Positions 50,024-59,214 of a DNA stretch of 64,000 bases are shown one piece after another. The stretch's first letter is position 1. Every line of letters starts with the position of its first letter. Source of the DNA: Nitrospinales bacterium (lineage in GTDB: Bacteria; Nitrospinota; Nitrospinia; Nitrospinales; VA-1). Location of the stretch: assembly GCA_965223345.1 (NCBI GenBank), contig CBDCWG010000012.1:832001-896000 (forward strand). Reading direction: 5' to 3'. The notes below the pieces were generated by a model. It searched no databases. It saw only the letters and a list, made by a program, of their open reading frames with translations, and was not told where the DNA came from. Made by a program: the position numbers and the translations under genes.

Positions 50024-51394
50024 TTATGAAGACGCCGTGGCCGCCGCCTCCACGTTTTCGACGTTGCCCTGTGTGAGAACGGGCTGGCTGTCGCCGCGCT
50101 TGAAGTTGTCCCAGGATTTGTATTCGGGGAAATAGCTGTCCCAATCCTTGAGGGATTTCAAGCAGTCGTTGTAGGTCTGCTCGATGAGCAGGTCGCGGAC
50201 TCTTGAATAGGCGAGCTGCGCAGCCTTCTCCAATTGCGGGCTATCCTGTTTTTGCTTGTGAGCCTGGGCCAGCATCACCGAGCGGTAGAGCGAGTTGTCG
50301 AGTTCGTGGCTCTCGAGCGTCGCCACCGCCTCGTCGGCCTCGCCGTTTTCAAGTTGCAGATTGGCGAGCAGCATCACCAGCATGTCCCGTTCTCCGTCAC
50401 GGGACTGATCGATGGCTTCCCGGTACACTTTGATGAGGTTCTGGCGTTCCTCGGGCGCCTGGAAGACCTTCTGCACCCGCAGCAGGCAAACCGGCGAACG
50501 GGTTTTTTCGAAACCGGCGAGCCAGGTTTTCAACGCGGCTTTGGGATTTCCGGATTTCAGATGGATGTCTCCCAGCGTGATGTAAGTGGGCAGGCATTCG
50601 TCGTCGGTTTTGAGTGCTTTTTTGAATTCGACGATGGCGCCTTCCAGATTGCCCTGATCCCATTTGGAAACGGCGCTGGCGTATATGAGCTGGCTCAGCT
50701 TCTGCTCCGCCTCTTTCAGTTCTTCGGGGTCTTTGAGCAGGCCGAGCGCCCGCTTCTGCACCGAAGCGGCCTGGTCCCATTCCTTTTTCTCGACGTGCGA
50801 GTCGCGAATCCGGTAGAGGATCAAGGGAGAATTGGGGTCTATGTTGCGGATCTTATCGAGCACCTGCACTTCTTTGGCCGGCATGCCTGCGGCGGCGTAA
50901 TCGTCTGCGAGGCTGTACAGCACCTTCACGTTCGAGGGCGCGACCTGCGCTCCTTTCAGATGCAGCTCCATCGCGCGTTCGGTGTTTCCTTCTTTGAGAT
51001 AAATCTTCCCGAGGTAGTTCAACGCACCGACGTGGTTGGGGAATTCCTCCAGGATTTTTTCAAACGTGTCTTTCGCTTTTGAAAGGTTGCCGCCGGTGAA
51101 CGCGTTTTCACCTTTTTCGAACTGGGCTTCACACCATTGGTCTTTTCTTTGGTTCTCGCGCAGCCTCATGGACTTGCGAAGGTTCCCCAGTGAGGATTTG
51201 ATCTTGATCCCCCATTCCAAAAACACCGTGACCACGACCCCTATGAGAATGAATCCCAACAAGAGGACCACCATCGGCAAGTCCAGAGAAAAGTCCTGGG
51301 AGAAATTAACCTTGACCTCGTGAGGATTCAAAAAGGCCATGTAAACCGAGAGCAGGGAAAAAATCAGGAGAAAGATGATGTTTTTTAGAGACAC
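50024..51394 (-). CDS. LapA(DUF1049)-LapB-like TPR membrane protein
   Basis: AAAGGA RBS before GTG 51394; two TM helices with a LapA-like N...V.V.F loop, multiple TPRs, degenerate rubredoxin-like tail. Confidence 0.7.
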   Translation of the reverse strand: MSLKNIIFLLIFSLLSVYMAFLNPHEVKVNFSQDFSLDLPMVVLLLGFILIGVVVTVFLEWGIKIKSSLGNLRKSMRLRENQRKDQWCEAQFEKGENAFTGGNLSKAKDTFEKILEEFPNHVGALNYLGKIYLKEGNTERAMELHLKGAQVAPSNVKVLYSLADDYAAAGMPAKEVQVLDKIRNIDPNSPLILYRIRDSHVEKKEWDQAASVQKRALGLLKDPEELKEAEQKLSQLIYASAVSKWDQGNLEGAIVEFKKALKTDDECLPTYITLGDIHLKSGNPKAALKTWLAGFEKTRSPVCLLRVQKVFQAPEERQNLIKVYREAIDQSRDGERDMLVMLLANLQLENGEADEAVATLESHELDNSLYRSVMLAQAHKQKQDSPQLEKAAQLAYSRVRDLLIEQTYNDCLKSLKDWDSYFPEYKSWDNFKRGDSQPVLTQGNVENVEAAATASS

Positions 51395-51643
51395 GGAAAA
51401 TCCTTTTAATTTTTGTGCCGACTCCCAACCGCACGTTTCGACCGGTGTATGGGAATCTTCGTTTTCCTTTTGATGAAAAAAACGAGAAACCCGGTGGCGG
51501 GAATCATCCTGTGCTGCGGGGTCGGCTTCGTTCAAAAATAGAGCGGCGACGGGACGGCCGGTCTTTCCGCTCGAGGAACCCTACGCTTGCCATGTGTTGC
51601 CAGTGGAAATTTACGTAGGAATATAATACATCCTCGACCGGAT

Positions 51644-52048
51644 TTAAAGGGATTCCGGGGATTCTTCTTGCGGGAAGGAGTGGTTTCTCGCCTCGATGCC
51701 GTTTTCGTTTTCGATCTGACTGAGGCATTCGACGCAATATTCGGCAAACGGAACGACGTCCAGCCGGGGCTCCGGAATCGCTTCTTCGCAGTTCATGCAG
51801 AACCCGTAACTTCCGGCCTTAATTTTTTCAAGAGCTTCCTCCACCCGTTTCAATTTCTGCCAGTCCTGTTCACCCAGATCCAGCATCAACTGACGCGAGT
51901 AAGCCTGCGCCGCACCGTCGGTGATATCCGCGAGCGGTTCCGCCGCATCCTCCTGGCTGGATTTTAAATTTTTTTCTACATCACCCACCAGTTCGACACG
52001 GATTTCTTCCAGTTTGGTTTGATAGTGGGGGAATTTTTTGGGATCCAT
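51644..52048 (-). CDS. dksA: DksA/TraR family C4 zinc-finger protein
   Basis: Coiled coil with DITD, GSYGFCMNCEEAIPEPRLDVVPFAEYCVEC. Confidence 0.85.
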   Translation of the reverse strand: MDPKKFPHYQTKLEEIRVELVGDVEKNLKSSQEDAAEPLADITDGAAQAYSRQLMLDLGEQDWQKLKRVEEALEKIKAGSYGFCMNCEEAIPEPRLDVVPFAEYCVECLSQIENENGIEARNHSFPQEESPESL

Positions 52049-52075
52049 TGAAACGGTAGCTCCTCGCGAAAAAGG

Positions 52076-52429
52076 TCAAAGGCCTACGGCTTTGATAACC
52101 GGCACGTCTCCCCACAGTCGTTCGAGATCGTAATGGGATCGAGCGTCTTTGTGAAATATGTGAACGATGATCTCTCCCAAGTCCAGGACCACCCAGTTGC
52201 CGGTGGCGTAGCCTTCCACTGCTGAAAGTTTGTGTTGAGCTTTATAGATTTTCTCAAGGATGGAATCAGCGATGGCTTGAACCTGCAACTTGGAGTTTCC
52301 ACTGCAGAGTACAAAGTAATCGGTCAAGTCCGAGCGGTTGCGCAAGTCCAGAATGAGTATGTCGGATGCTTGTTTTTCTGCAGCGGACTCCACAACAAGC
52401 CTCTGCAGTCTGTTCAAAGACTCTTCCAT
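52076..52429 (-). CDS. rsfS: ribosome silencing factor
   Basis: TDYFVLCSG.S..QV.AIAD, WVVLDLG.IIVHIF, R..YDLERLW. Confidence 0.95.
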   Translation of the reverse strand: MEESLNRLQRLVVESAAEKQASDILILDLRNRSDLTDYFVLCSGNSKLQVQAIADSILEKIYKAQHKLSAVEGYATGNWVVLDLGEIIVHIFHKDARSHYDLERLWGDVPVIKAVGL

Positions 52430-52440
52430 TCAACCCATAT

Positions 52441-53130
52441 TTAAGGTTGAGACTGTGCTCGGTAAAGTTGAGTTTCAATAATATAATTTTCAACTTTGGG
52501 TGGCAACAAGTTTTTGGTTTGCTCTTTGTGCGCAATTCTTTTGCGAATTTCACGCGACGAGACGTCCATCAGAGGCAGGTCAAAAAATCGCAGGGTCGTG
52601 TTGGAAGCGGAATTGGAAAAGCACACGACATCCTCCTGCTTGTGTTGAAACCGGTGCGGCAGTTTGAGTTTTCCAATCCAGAGTTTTGCGGTTTCCTCAA
52701 AGTCTTTTTCGTCCGGCTCGCTGCGCCGGGCCACGATGAGGTGACACAGATCGAGCAGACGGAATTTGTCTTTCCAGGTTTCCAGGCTCTCGAACGTGTC
52801 CTGCCCCATGATCAGGTGCAGCTCTTTTTGCGGATTTTCCGCCCGCAGGGTTTCGATGGTGTTCACGGTGTAGGAGGGGCCGGGGCGGTGAATCTCCATT
52901 TCCGAAATCGAGAATCCGGGATAGGGCGCCAGGGCCAAGCGCAGCATTTTCAACCGGTGTTGCGCCGGGGCGCAGTCCTGATCCAGTTTGTGCGGGGAAA
53001 CGGCGGCCGGTATGAACAGGATGCGATCGAGTTGAAACCGCTTCTGCACCTGTTCGGCCAGCCCCAGATGCCCGTTGTGCACGGGGTCGAACGTGCCCCC
53101 CAGGATTCCTATGGTTTTTGCCCGCTGCAT
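52441..53130 (-). CDS. nadD: nicotinate-nucleotide adenylyltransferase
   Basis: GGTFDPVHNGH, SPHK, SYTVNT, IMGQD, VSSREIR. Confidence 0.95.
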   Translation of the reverse strand: MQRAKTIGILGGTFDPVHNGHLGLAEQVQKRFQLDRILFIPAAVSPHKLDQDCAPAQHRLKMLRLALAPYPGFSISEMEIHRPGPSYTVNTIETLRAENPQKELHLIMGQDTFESLETWKDKFRLLDLCHLIVARRSEPDEKDFEETAKLWIGKLKLPHRFQHKQEDVVCFSNSASNTTLRFFDLPLMDVSSREIRKRIAHKEQTKNLLPPKVENYIIETQLYRAQSQP

Positions 53131-53482
53131 ATTCTACGACCTGTCGCCTGAGGCCCCTGTGAGGGCCTCATCCTCGGTATTCAGGGATGTTTTTTTCCAG
53201 TCACCTTCCATTATAGGGGAAAGCGGGGGCAGGGCAAACGGAGAGGTGAAATAAGCCCCCTTTTTTCAAGCATTTTTGTCAGAATTATTGTAAAATGGGC
53301 CATTGGGTTACCTGAATTTGGCAGTGGGTGTGCTAATTTTTGGCATACGATTGGCGCGCGCCGACATTTTTTGTCGATTTTCGGTGAGGTGAAGCTTTTT
53401 GTGGGGAGGAACGCCCGAATGGGAGTTCCAATAACCCCTTGTTTTTCTGTGGTTTTTATAAATTTTGCCCAAATTTCCAGTT

Positions 53483-53499
53483 TTGGCATTCCGATTGCA
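53483..53499 (+). promoter_or_regulatory. sigma54 -24/-12 promoter of pilA
   Basis: TTGGCATTCCGATTGCA, close to consensus. Confidence 0.8.
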
Positions 53500-53586
53500 C
53501 TCTATACGGGAAAAACTGAATTTAGTGGGTCAGTCCCTGAATTAAATAGCCCAGTTGTTCAACCCGTAGAAAGAGGAGAATCAGCA

Positions 53587-53967
53587 ATGCTTTCCAATCT
53601 CAGAAAAGCCAACAATGAAAAGGGTTTCACCCTGATCGAGCTGTTGATCGTCATCGCCATCATCGGTATTCTGGCGGCCATCGCGATTCCTCAGTTCACT
53701 CAGTACAAAAACCGTGCTTACAACTCTGCTTCCAAAGCGGACCTGCACAACCTGTTCCTGTCTTGTAAAGCCTACTGGGGCGACACCGACGGCGGTCAGA
53801 GCTGCACCACGACCATCGCTCAGCAGCCTTCTTACGGCTTCTCTGCGTCTCCGAACGTGACCGTAGCCATCACCGCGGCTACCGAAGCGGCTTTCACCGC
53901 TACGGCGACGCACAGTGTCACCGGTCAGGTTTACACCATCGATTCCGGTGGAGACATCACTCCGTAA
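53587..53967 (+). CDS. pilA: type IVa major pilin (126 aa prepilin)
   Basis: AGGAG RBS; NEKG|FTLIELLIVIAIIGILAAIAIPQF; own sigma54 promoter and terminator. Confidence 0.9.
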   Translation: MLSNLRKANNEKGFTLIELLIVIAIIGILAAIAIPQFTQYKNRAYNSASKADLHNLFLSCKAYWGDTDGGQSCTTTIAQQPSYGFSASPNVTVAITAATEAAFTATATHSVTGQVYTIDSGGDITP

Positions 53968-53994
53968 CCTGGAGTGACGCGTTTCGACTCAAAG

Positions 53995-54034
53995 CCTCGC
54001 CTCACCCTTTTGGGTGGGGCGAGGATTTCTTTTT
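53995..54034 (+). terminator. rho-independent terminator after pilA
   Basis: CCTCGCCTCACCC-TTTT-GGGTGGGGCGAGG followed by ATTTCTTTTT. Confidence 0.85.
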
Positions 54035-54058
54035 AATTCCAAAAACATCTCTTATTCG

Positions 54059-56271
54059 ATGAATACCGCCTACCAAAACCGGGCCGCTGTTTTTTTTTAA
54101 TCGTTTTTTCCTGGCTCGTCTATCTCGCAACCGTTTCTCCGACCATCAATCACAGAGATTCGCCTGAGTTTGTCGCTGCCGCTTACACGTTGGGCATCAG
54201 CCATCCTGCAGGATTTCCGCTTTACAGTCTCCTGGCCAAAGCCGTCACGTTTGTTCCATTCGGCACCATTGCGTTCAAGGTCAACCTGTTTTCCGTCCTG
54301 TTCGCCTGCGGGACGCTGGTGGCTCTGTATTTTGCGGCGATCCGGCTGTTGTCGAACCTGTACGCGGAGGAAGACCCTTCGCATTTTGTGTGGCCCGCGT
54401 TTCTGGCCACGGGGCTTTTGGCATTTTCGGTACCGTTCTGGCTGCATTCTCTGGTCGCGGAAGTCTACACGCTGCACGCTTTCATCATTTGTGTTCTGAT
54501 CCTGTTGCTGCTCGCCTGGCGCGAGAAGGAGGACGTCCGCTACCTGTACGGCGCGGCCCTGCTTTACGGCCTGGGCGCCGGCAACCACGCCACCGTGGCG
54601 TTTTTGTTGCCCGCCATCCTGCTTTTGTTTTTCGCGTGGAACCGCAAGGACACCGCACGGCATTTGAGTGTCTGCGTCGCCTTTTTCATGATCGGTCTTT
54701 CGGTGTACAGCTACCTGCCGATCCGGTCGCTCACGGAACCCTCGATGGACTGGGGCAACCCGGAAACGGTGCAGAGATTCCTGTATCAGGTCACCGACCG
54801 CAAGGACGCCGCGACGCATTTCTCGGTCTTGCGGCAGTCCGGAGAGTCCGCTGAAACCGGCGCGCTGGGTGCTGCCGGTGCGGCGATGCACAAGGTGTGG
54901 AGAGTGGTGCGGTCTTTCGGTTCGGATGTTTCGGAAAATCTGACCGGGTTCGCGATGATGGGGTTCGTTGCGGGAACCTTTTTTTGCTGGCGGAAAAACC
55001 GGCCGCTGTTTTTGTTCTTTTTTCTCATCGTTGCGGTCAACGCGGCGTTTTTTGCCCACTGGCGGGAAGAAAGTTTTTTCCCGTCCTACATCGTCGTCTG
55101 CCTGTTCACCGCAATCGCTCTGTACGGATTGATTTTCAGAAAGCGGACACAGGAGGCCGGCGCACCACAAGCCCGGCTCCACCCGGCGCTGGCGGCGATC
55201 CAAAAAGCGTTTTCGCAGATGGACTGGCGCAAAGCGGCGGTTCCCGTATTCCTCTGCGTGATCGGATGGAATGCGTTCACAGGCTACCCCCGGGTGGACC
55301 GCTCCGATCTGTATTTCGGCGAGACCCTGCTCAAGCGGGTGTTTCTCTCGATCGAGAACCGCGGTGTGTTCATCACGGGAAATTCGTGGTTCGATTATTT
55401 CTACAATCAGGATGTGGTCCGCCTGCGCGACGACGTGACGGCGATCAAGGCCTGGGATTTTCTCGATCCCGACCCGCCGTCGATCCTGACCGCGCGCCGC
55501 TATCCCGATCTCAATCTTCCGGACCCTGCGGGGCACACCTTTCAATCCCGCGAGGGAGCGTACCGGTACCTGAACGCCTTTTTCGCTGCGAACCAGCAGG
55601 AACGGCCGATCCTGATGGATCAGAACCTCACTTTTTTCGAACAGCTGCCGCTGGAGCGGCGTTTCGAAACGTACAAGAACATCCTGCTCAAGCTGGAAAC
55701 CGCTCCGGACACACAAAACCGGCAGGACCCCGGCGATCGCGCCTTTGAGGAGTTCAAACTGCTGATGACCGACGAGCTCCAAAAACCCGGCATCGAGCGG
55801 ACGGAATGGATCACGAAAATCTCGTTTTACATTCCCTCGTTCGCCCGCTATTTCCACGCCAACGGGCGCTACAGCGAAGAGCGCGCGGCCCTCAAACTGA
55901 TGCACGACTTTCTCGGTCAACGGGGACTGCCCTGGCTGTTCACGATGACGGACAACCTCATTCTGGATGGCAAATTCACCCTGGCGGAAGCGCACCTGGA
56001 AATGATGCGCGAACGTTTTCCCAACCATTACGAAACGCATCTGGCCCAGGGGCTGCTGCATTCCGCAAAGGGGGAGTACAAAAAATCCATCCATGCGTTG
56101 CAAACCGCCGCCGGCATGAACCCGGCGGCGTTTCGTCCCTTTCTGGAAATGGCGACTGCGTATCACAGGATGGGGGCAAACGAGCAGGCGTTGAAAGAAC
56201 GCGAACGCGCGCAAAGCCGCATTCGCAATCTCGGCGATCTGGAAAAAGTCCGCGGGCTGCCGGTGGGTTGA
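54059..56271 (+). CDS. DUF2723/TMEM260-like GT-C glycosyltransferase with C-terminal TPR, frameshifted at a T9 tract (54090-54098)
   Basis: YLATVSPT...DSPEF..AAYTLGISHPAGFPLY, AEVYTLH, GNH, YLPIRS, WGNP. The family motif begins upstream of the called TTG (54190); ATG 54059 is one base out of frame. Confidence 0.8.
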
Positions 56272-56343
56272 CCGGACAGGCGGGCTCCGGCGTTGCGAGA
56301 CAGGCCGGTGACGATTTGAAACACACTCGGATTTTAAAGACTC

Positions 56344-57330
56344 ATGTATAAAAACAAATCCATAGCCGTGGTGGTCCCCGCTCACAACGAAGAGCGGTTG
56401 ATCCTGAGGGTGCTGCAGACGCTGCCGGACTGGGTGGACCGGGTCTTTGTGGTGGACGATTGCAGCGAGGATGCGACATCGGAGATTGTCCGGCGTCACA
56501 TCAAGGAGGACCCGCGCGTCAAACTCATCCGTCATACGGAAAACGGCGGCGTGGGGGCGGCCATCCGCACCGGCTACAAAGCCTGCCTGGAACAGGATTG
56601 GGACATCGCCGTGGTGATGGCGGGGGACGCGCAGATGGACCCGATGGACCTGGAAAAAGTGGTGCGGCCGGTGGCGGAAGACATCACCGACTACTGCAAG
56701 GGCAACCGGCTGTTCGAAGGACAGTCCTGGGACGTCATTCCCCGTTACCGCTACATCGGCAACGCGGTGTTGTCCCTGCTCACGAAAATCGCCAGCGGCT
56801 ACTGGCACGTTGCGGATTCCCAGTGCGGCTACACCGCCGTTTCCAAAGAAGCGCTGCGCTCGATCGATCTGGATTCCATCTACCCGCGTTACGGGATGCC
56901 CAACGACATGCTGGTGAAGCTCAATATTTCCAACCAAAGAGTGTGTGACGTTTCCATCCGTCCGGTATACAATATTGGAGAGGTATCGGGGATCCGGCTT
57001 TCACGGGTGGTCACGTCCATTTCCCGCCTGCTGGTGGGGTGTTTTTTCAAGCGCTTGTTTCACAAATACGTCATCCGTGATTTCCATCCTCTTATCTTCT
57101 TTTACGGCCTGGGAATGATGGCGTTTCCCACCGGAATGCTGAGCGGCCTGTACCTGCTTGTTTACCGGTTTTCCACCGGTCCGGTTTCGGTCACCAGCGC
57201 TCTGTTTTCCGCTTTTCTGGTCATTTCCGGGCTGCAGTTTCTCCTTTTTGCCATGTGGTTCGATATGGAGTCCAACAAGCACCTGAAAGGACACCACAAG
57301 GATCGTCGCAGCAGCCCGCAGACCTCTTAA
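56344..57330 (+). CDS. GT2 glycosyltransferase, polyprenol-phosphate sugar synthase-like, with two C-terminal TM helices
   Basis: VVVPAHNEE, VVDDCSEDAT, NGGVGAA, MAGDAQ, DSQCGY. Confidence 0.88.
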   Translation: MYKNKSIAVVVPAHNEERLILRVLQTLPDWVDRVFVVDDCSEDATSEIVRRHIKEDPRVKLIRHTENGGVGAAIRTGYKACLEQDWDIAVVMAGDAQMDPMDLEKVVRPVAEDITDYCKGNRLFEGQSWDVIPRYRYIGNAVLSLLTKIASGYWHVADSQCGYTAVSKEALRSIDLDSIYPRYGMPNDMLVKLNISNQRVCDVSIRPVYNIGEVSGIRLSRVVTSISRLLVGCFFKRLFHKYVIRDFHPLIFFYGLGMMAFPTGMLSGLYLLVYRFSTGPVSVTSALFSAFLVISGLQFLLFAMWFDMESNKHLKGHHKDRRSSPQTS

Positions 57331-57517
57331 ACCCCACCGAATCGAGCTTTCGCACGCTGAAATCGGCGCTCAACGGGGGTTTCTGCGGAGGGAATTCCCT
57401 AAAACCCGTTTTCACAGCCTGTTTGGAAGAAAACCCTCGGGCCGATGCGAATTCCCCCCCTCACCCGGGACGCTCTAGACGCTTGATTTTACAGCCCGTC
57501 GGATTGGCCTTATCTTA

Positions 57518-57546
57518 TTGAATCAAAAGGGTTAACGGGATATAAT
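57518..57546 (+). promoter_or_regulatory. sigma70 promoter of nadB, leaderless geometry
   Basis: TTGAAT-17 nt-TATAAT-6 nt-ATG; no SD. Confidence 0.7.
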
Positions 57547-57552
57547 AAGACG

Positions 57553-59214
57553 ATGAGCACGCAAAAGGATTTTCTGGTTCTCGGAAGCGGTGTGGCGGGC
57601 CTGACCTATGCGCTCAAGGTGTCGGATTTCGGTTCCGTGGGGATCCTGACCAAGGACGCGCTGGAAGAGTCGGCCACCAAATACGCCCAGGGCGGGATCG
57701 CCTCGGTCATGGCGGAGGACGATTCCTGCGACCTGCACGTGGAGGACACGCTGCAGGCGGGGCGCGGGCTCTGCAAGGAAGACATCGTGCGCATCATCTG
57801 CCGCGAAGGCCCGGCGCGGGTGCGCGAACTCATCGACCTGGGAGCCCAGTTCGACAAGACCCACAGCAAGGAATACCACTTGAGCCGCGAAGGCGGCCAT
57901 TCCAAGCACCGCATCCTGCACGCCAACGATCTCACCGGATGGGAAATCGAACGCACCCTGATCGAAGCGGTGCACGCCAAGGACAACATCGAGGTCTTTG
58001 AGCACCACATGGCCATCGATCTCATCACCCTGGCCCGCATCGATCCTTCGGTGAAGCCGGGCAGCGAAGAGGACGAGGCGCTGGGGCTTTACGTTCTCGA
58101 TACCGTCAACAACCAGGTGAAGACCTTTCTCGGACGCGTGACGCTCCTCGCCACAGGCGGCGCGGGCAAGGTCTACCTGTACACGTCGAATCCCGACACG
58201 GCCACAGGAGACGGGGTGGCCATCGCCTACCGGGCGGGGGCGCAGGTTGCCAACATGGAATTTTTTCAGTTCCACCCGACCTGTCTGTATCACCCGAAGG
58301 CGAAATCGTTTCTCATCTCCGAGACGGTGCGTGGCGAGGGCGGCATTCTGCGATTGCAGAACGGCCAGACCTTCATGGAGAAGTACCATCCGCTCGGGTG
58401 CCTGGCTCCGCGCGACATCGTGGCGCGCGCCATCGATCACGAAATGAAACAAAGCGGCGACGACTGCGTGTTCCTCGACGTGACCCACATCGAAGGCTAC
58501 CGCAGCCGCGAGCGCTTTCCCAATATCTACAAAACCTGTCTGGACTTCGGCTTCGACATGGCCAAAGAACCGATTCCCGTCGTTCCCGCGGCGCATTATA
58601 TGTGCGGCGGTGTGATCGTGGGCGCCAGCGGGCAGACCAACATCCGCAGGCTTCTGGCGAGCGGCGAGGTCGGCTACTCCGGCCTGCACGGCGCCAACCG
58701 GCTGGCGTCCAACTCGCTTCTGGAAGGGCTGGTGCTGTCGCACCGCGGTGTGGACCGGGCGGCGGCGCTGCTCATGCAGGAGGGGGCTCTCGACCGGATT
58801 TCCGGGTCGATCCCGCAATGGGACAGCGGCAGCGCGGTGGACAGCGATGAGGAAGTGGTGGTTTCGCACAACTGGGACGAGATCCGCCGTCTGATGTGGA
58901 ATTACGTCGGCATCGTGCGCTCCAACAAACGGTTGCAGCGGGCGCAGCGCCGCATTCAGTTGCTGCTCGATGAAATTCAGGAGTACTACTGGAATTTCAA
59001 AATCACCAAAGACACCCTGGAGCTGCGAAACATCGCCATCACTGCGGACCTGATCATCCGCGGCGCATTGGAGCGAAAGGAAAGCCGCGGGCTGCATTAC
59101 AATCTCGATCACCCCGAGACCGACGATGCGAACTGGGTTCGCGATACCGTTTCCCAGGACAGCACACCTCGATTGATCCCCCAAAAACCTTCACGGGCGA
59201 TTCCCAATGAATGA
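57553..59214 (+). CDS. nadB: L-aspartate oxidase
   Basis: GSGVAGL, AQGGIA, REGGHS, QFHPT, LAPRDIVAR, AHYMCGG, GLHGANRLASNSLLEG, ESRGLHY. Confidence 0.96.
   Translation: MSTQKDFLVLGSGVAGLTYALKVSDFGSVGILTKDALEESATKYAQGGIASVMAEDDSCDLHVEDTLQAGRGLCKEDIVRIICREGPARVRELIDLGAQFDKTHSKEYHLSREGGHSKHRILHANDLTGWEIERTLIEAVHAKDNIEVFEHHMAIDLITLARIDPSVKPGSEEDEALGLYVLDTVNNQVKTFLGRVTLLATGGAGKVYLYTSNPDTATGDGVAIAYRAGAQVANMEFFQFHPTCLYHPKAKSFLISETVRGEGGILRLQNGQTFMEKYHPLGCLAPRDIVARAIDHEMKQSGDDCVFLDVTHIEGYRSRERFPNIYKTCLDFGFDMAKEPIPVVPAAHYMCGGVIVGASGQTNIRRLLASGEVGYSGLHGANRLASNSLLEGLVLSHRGVDRAAALLMQEGALDRISGSIPQWDSGSAVDSDEEVVVSHNWDEIRRLMWNYVGIVRSNKRLQRAQRRIQLLLDEIQEYYWNFKITKDTLELRNIAITADLIIRGALERKESRGLHYNLDHPETDDANWVRDTVSQDSTPRLIPQKPSRAIPNE

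Noticed and set aside
53371..53586. 72-aa N-terminal extension of the pilin ORF
   Set aside because: It overlaps the sigma54 promoter; the RBS and prepilin leader indicate ATG 53587
54097..56937. 946-aa minus-strand ORF and similar long antisense ORFs (1059-3275, 10153-12192, 12351-14903, 57532-59184, 59630-61597)
   Set aside because: Shadow frames opposite clearly recognisable genes in GC-rich DNA; no motifs
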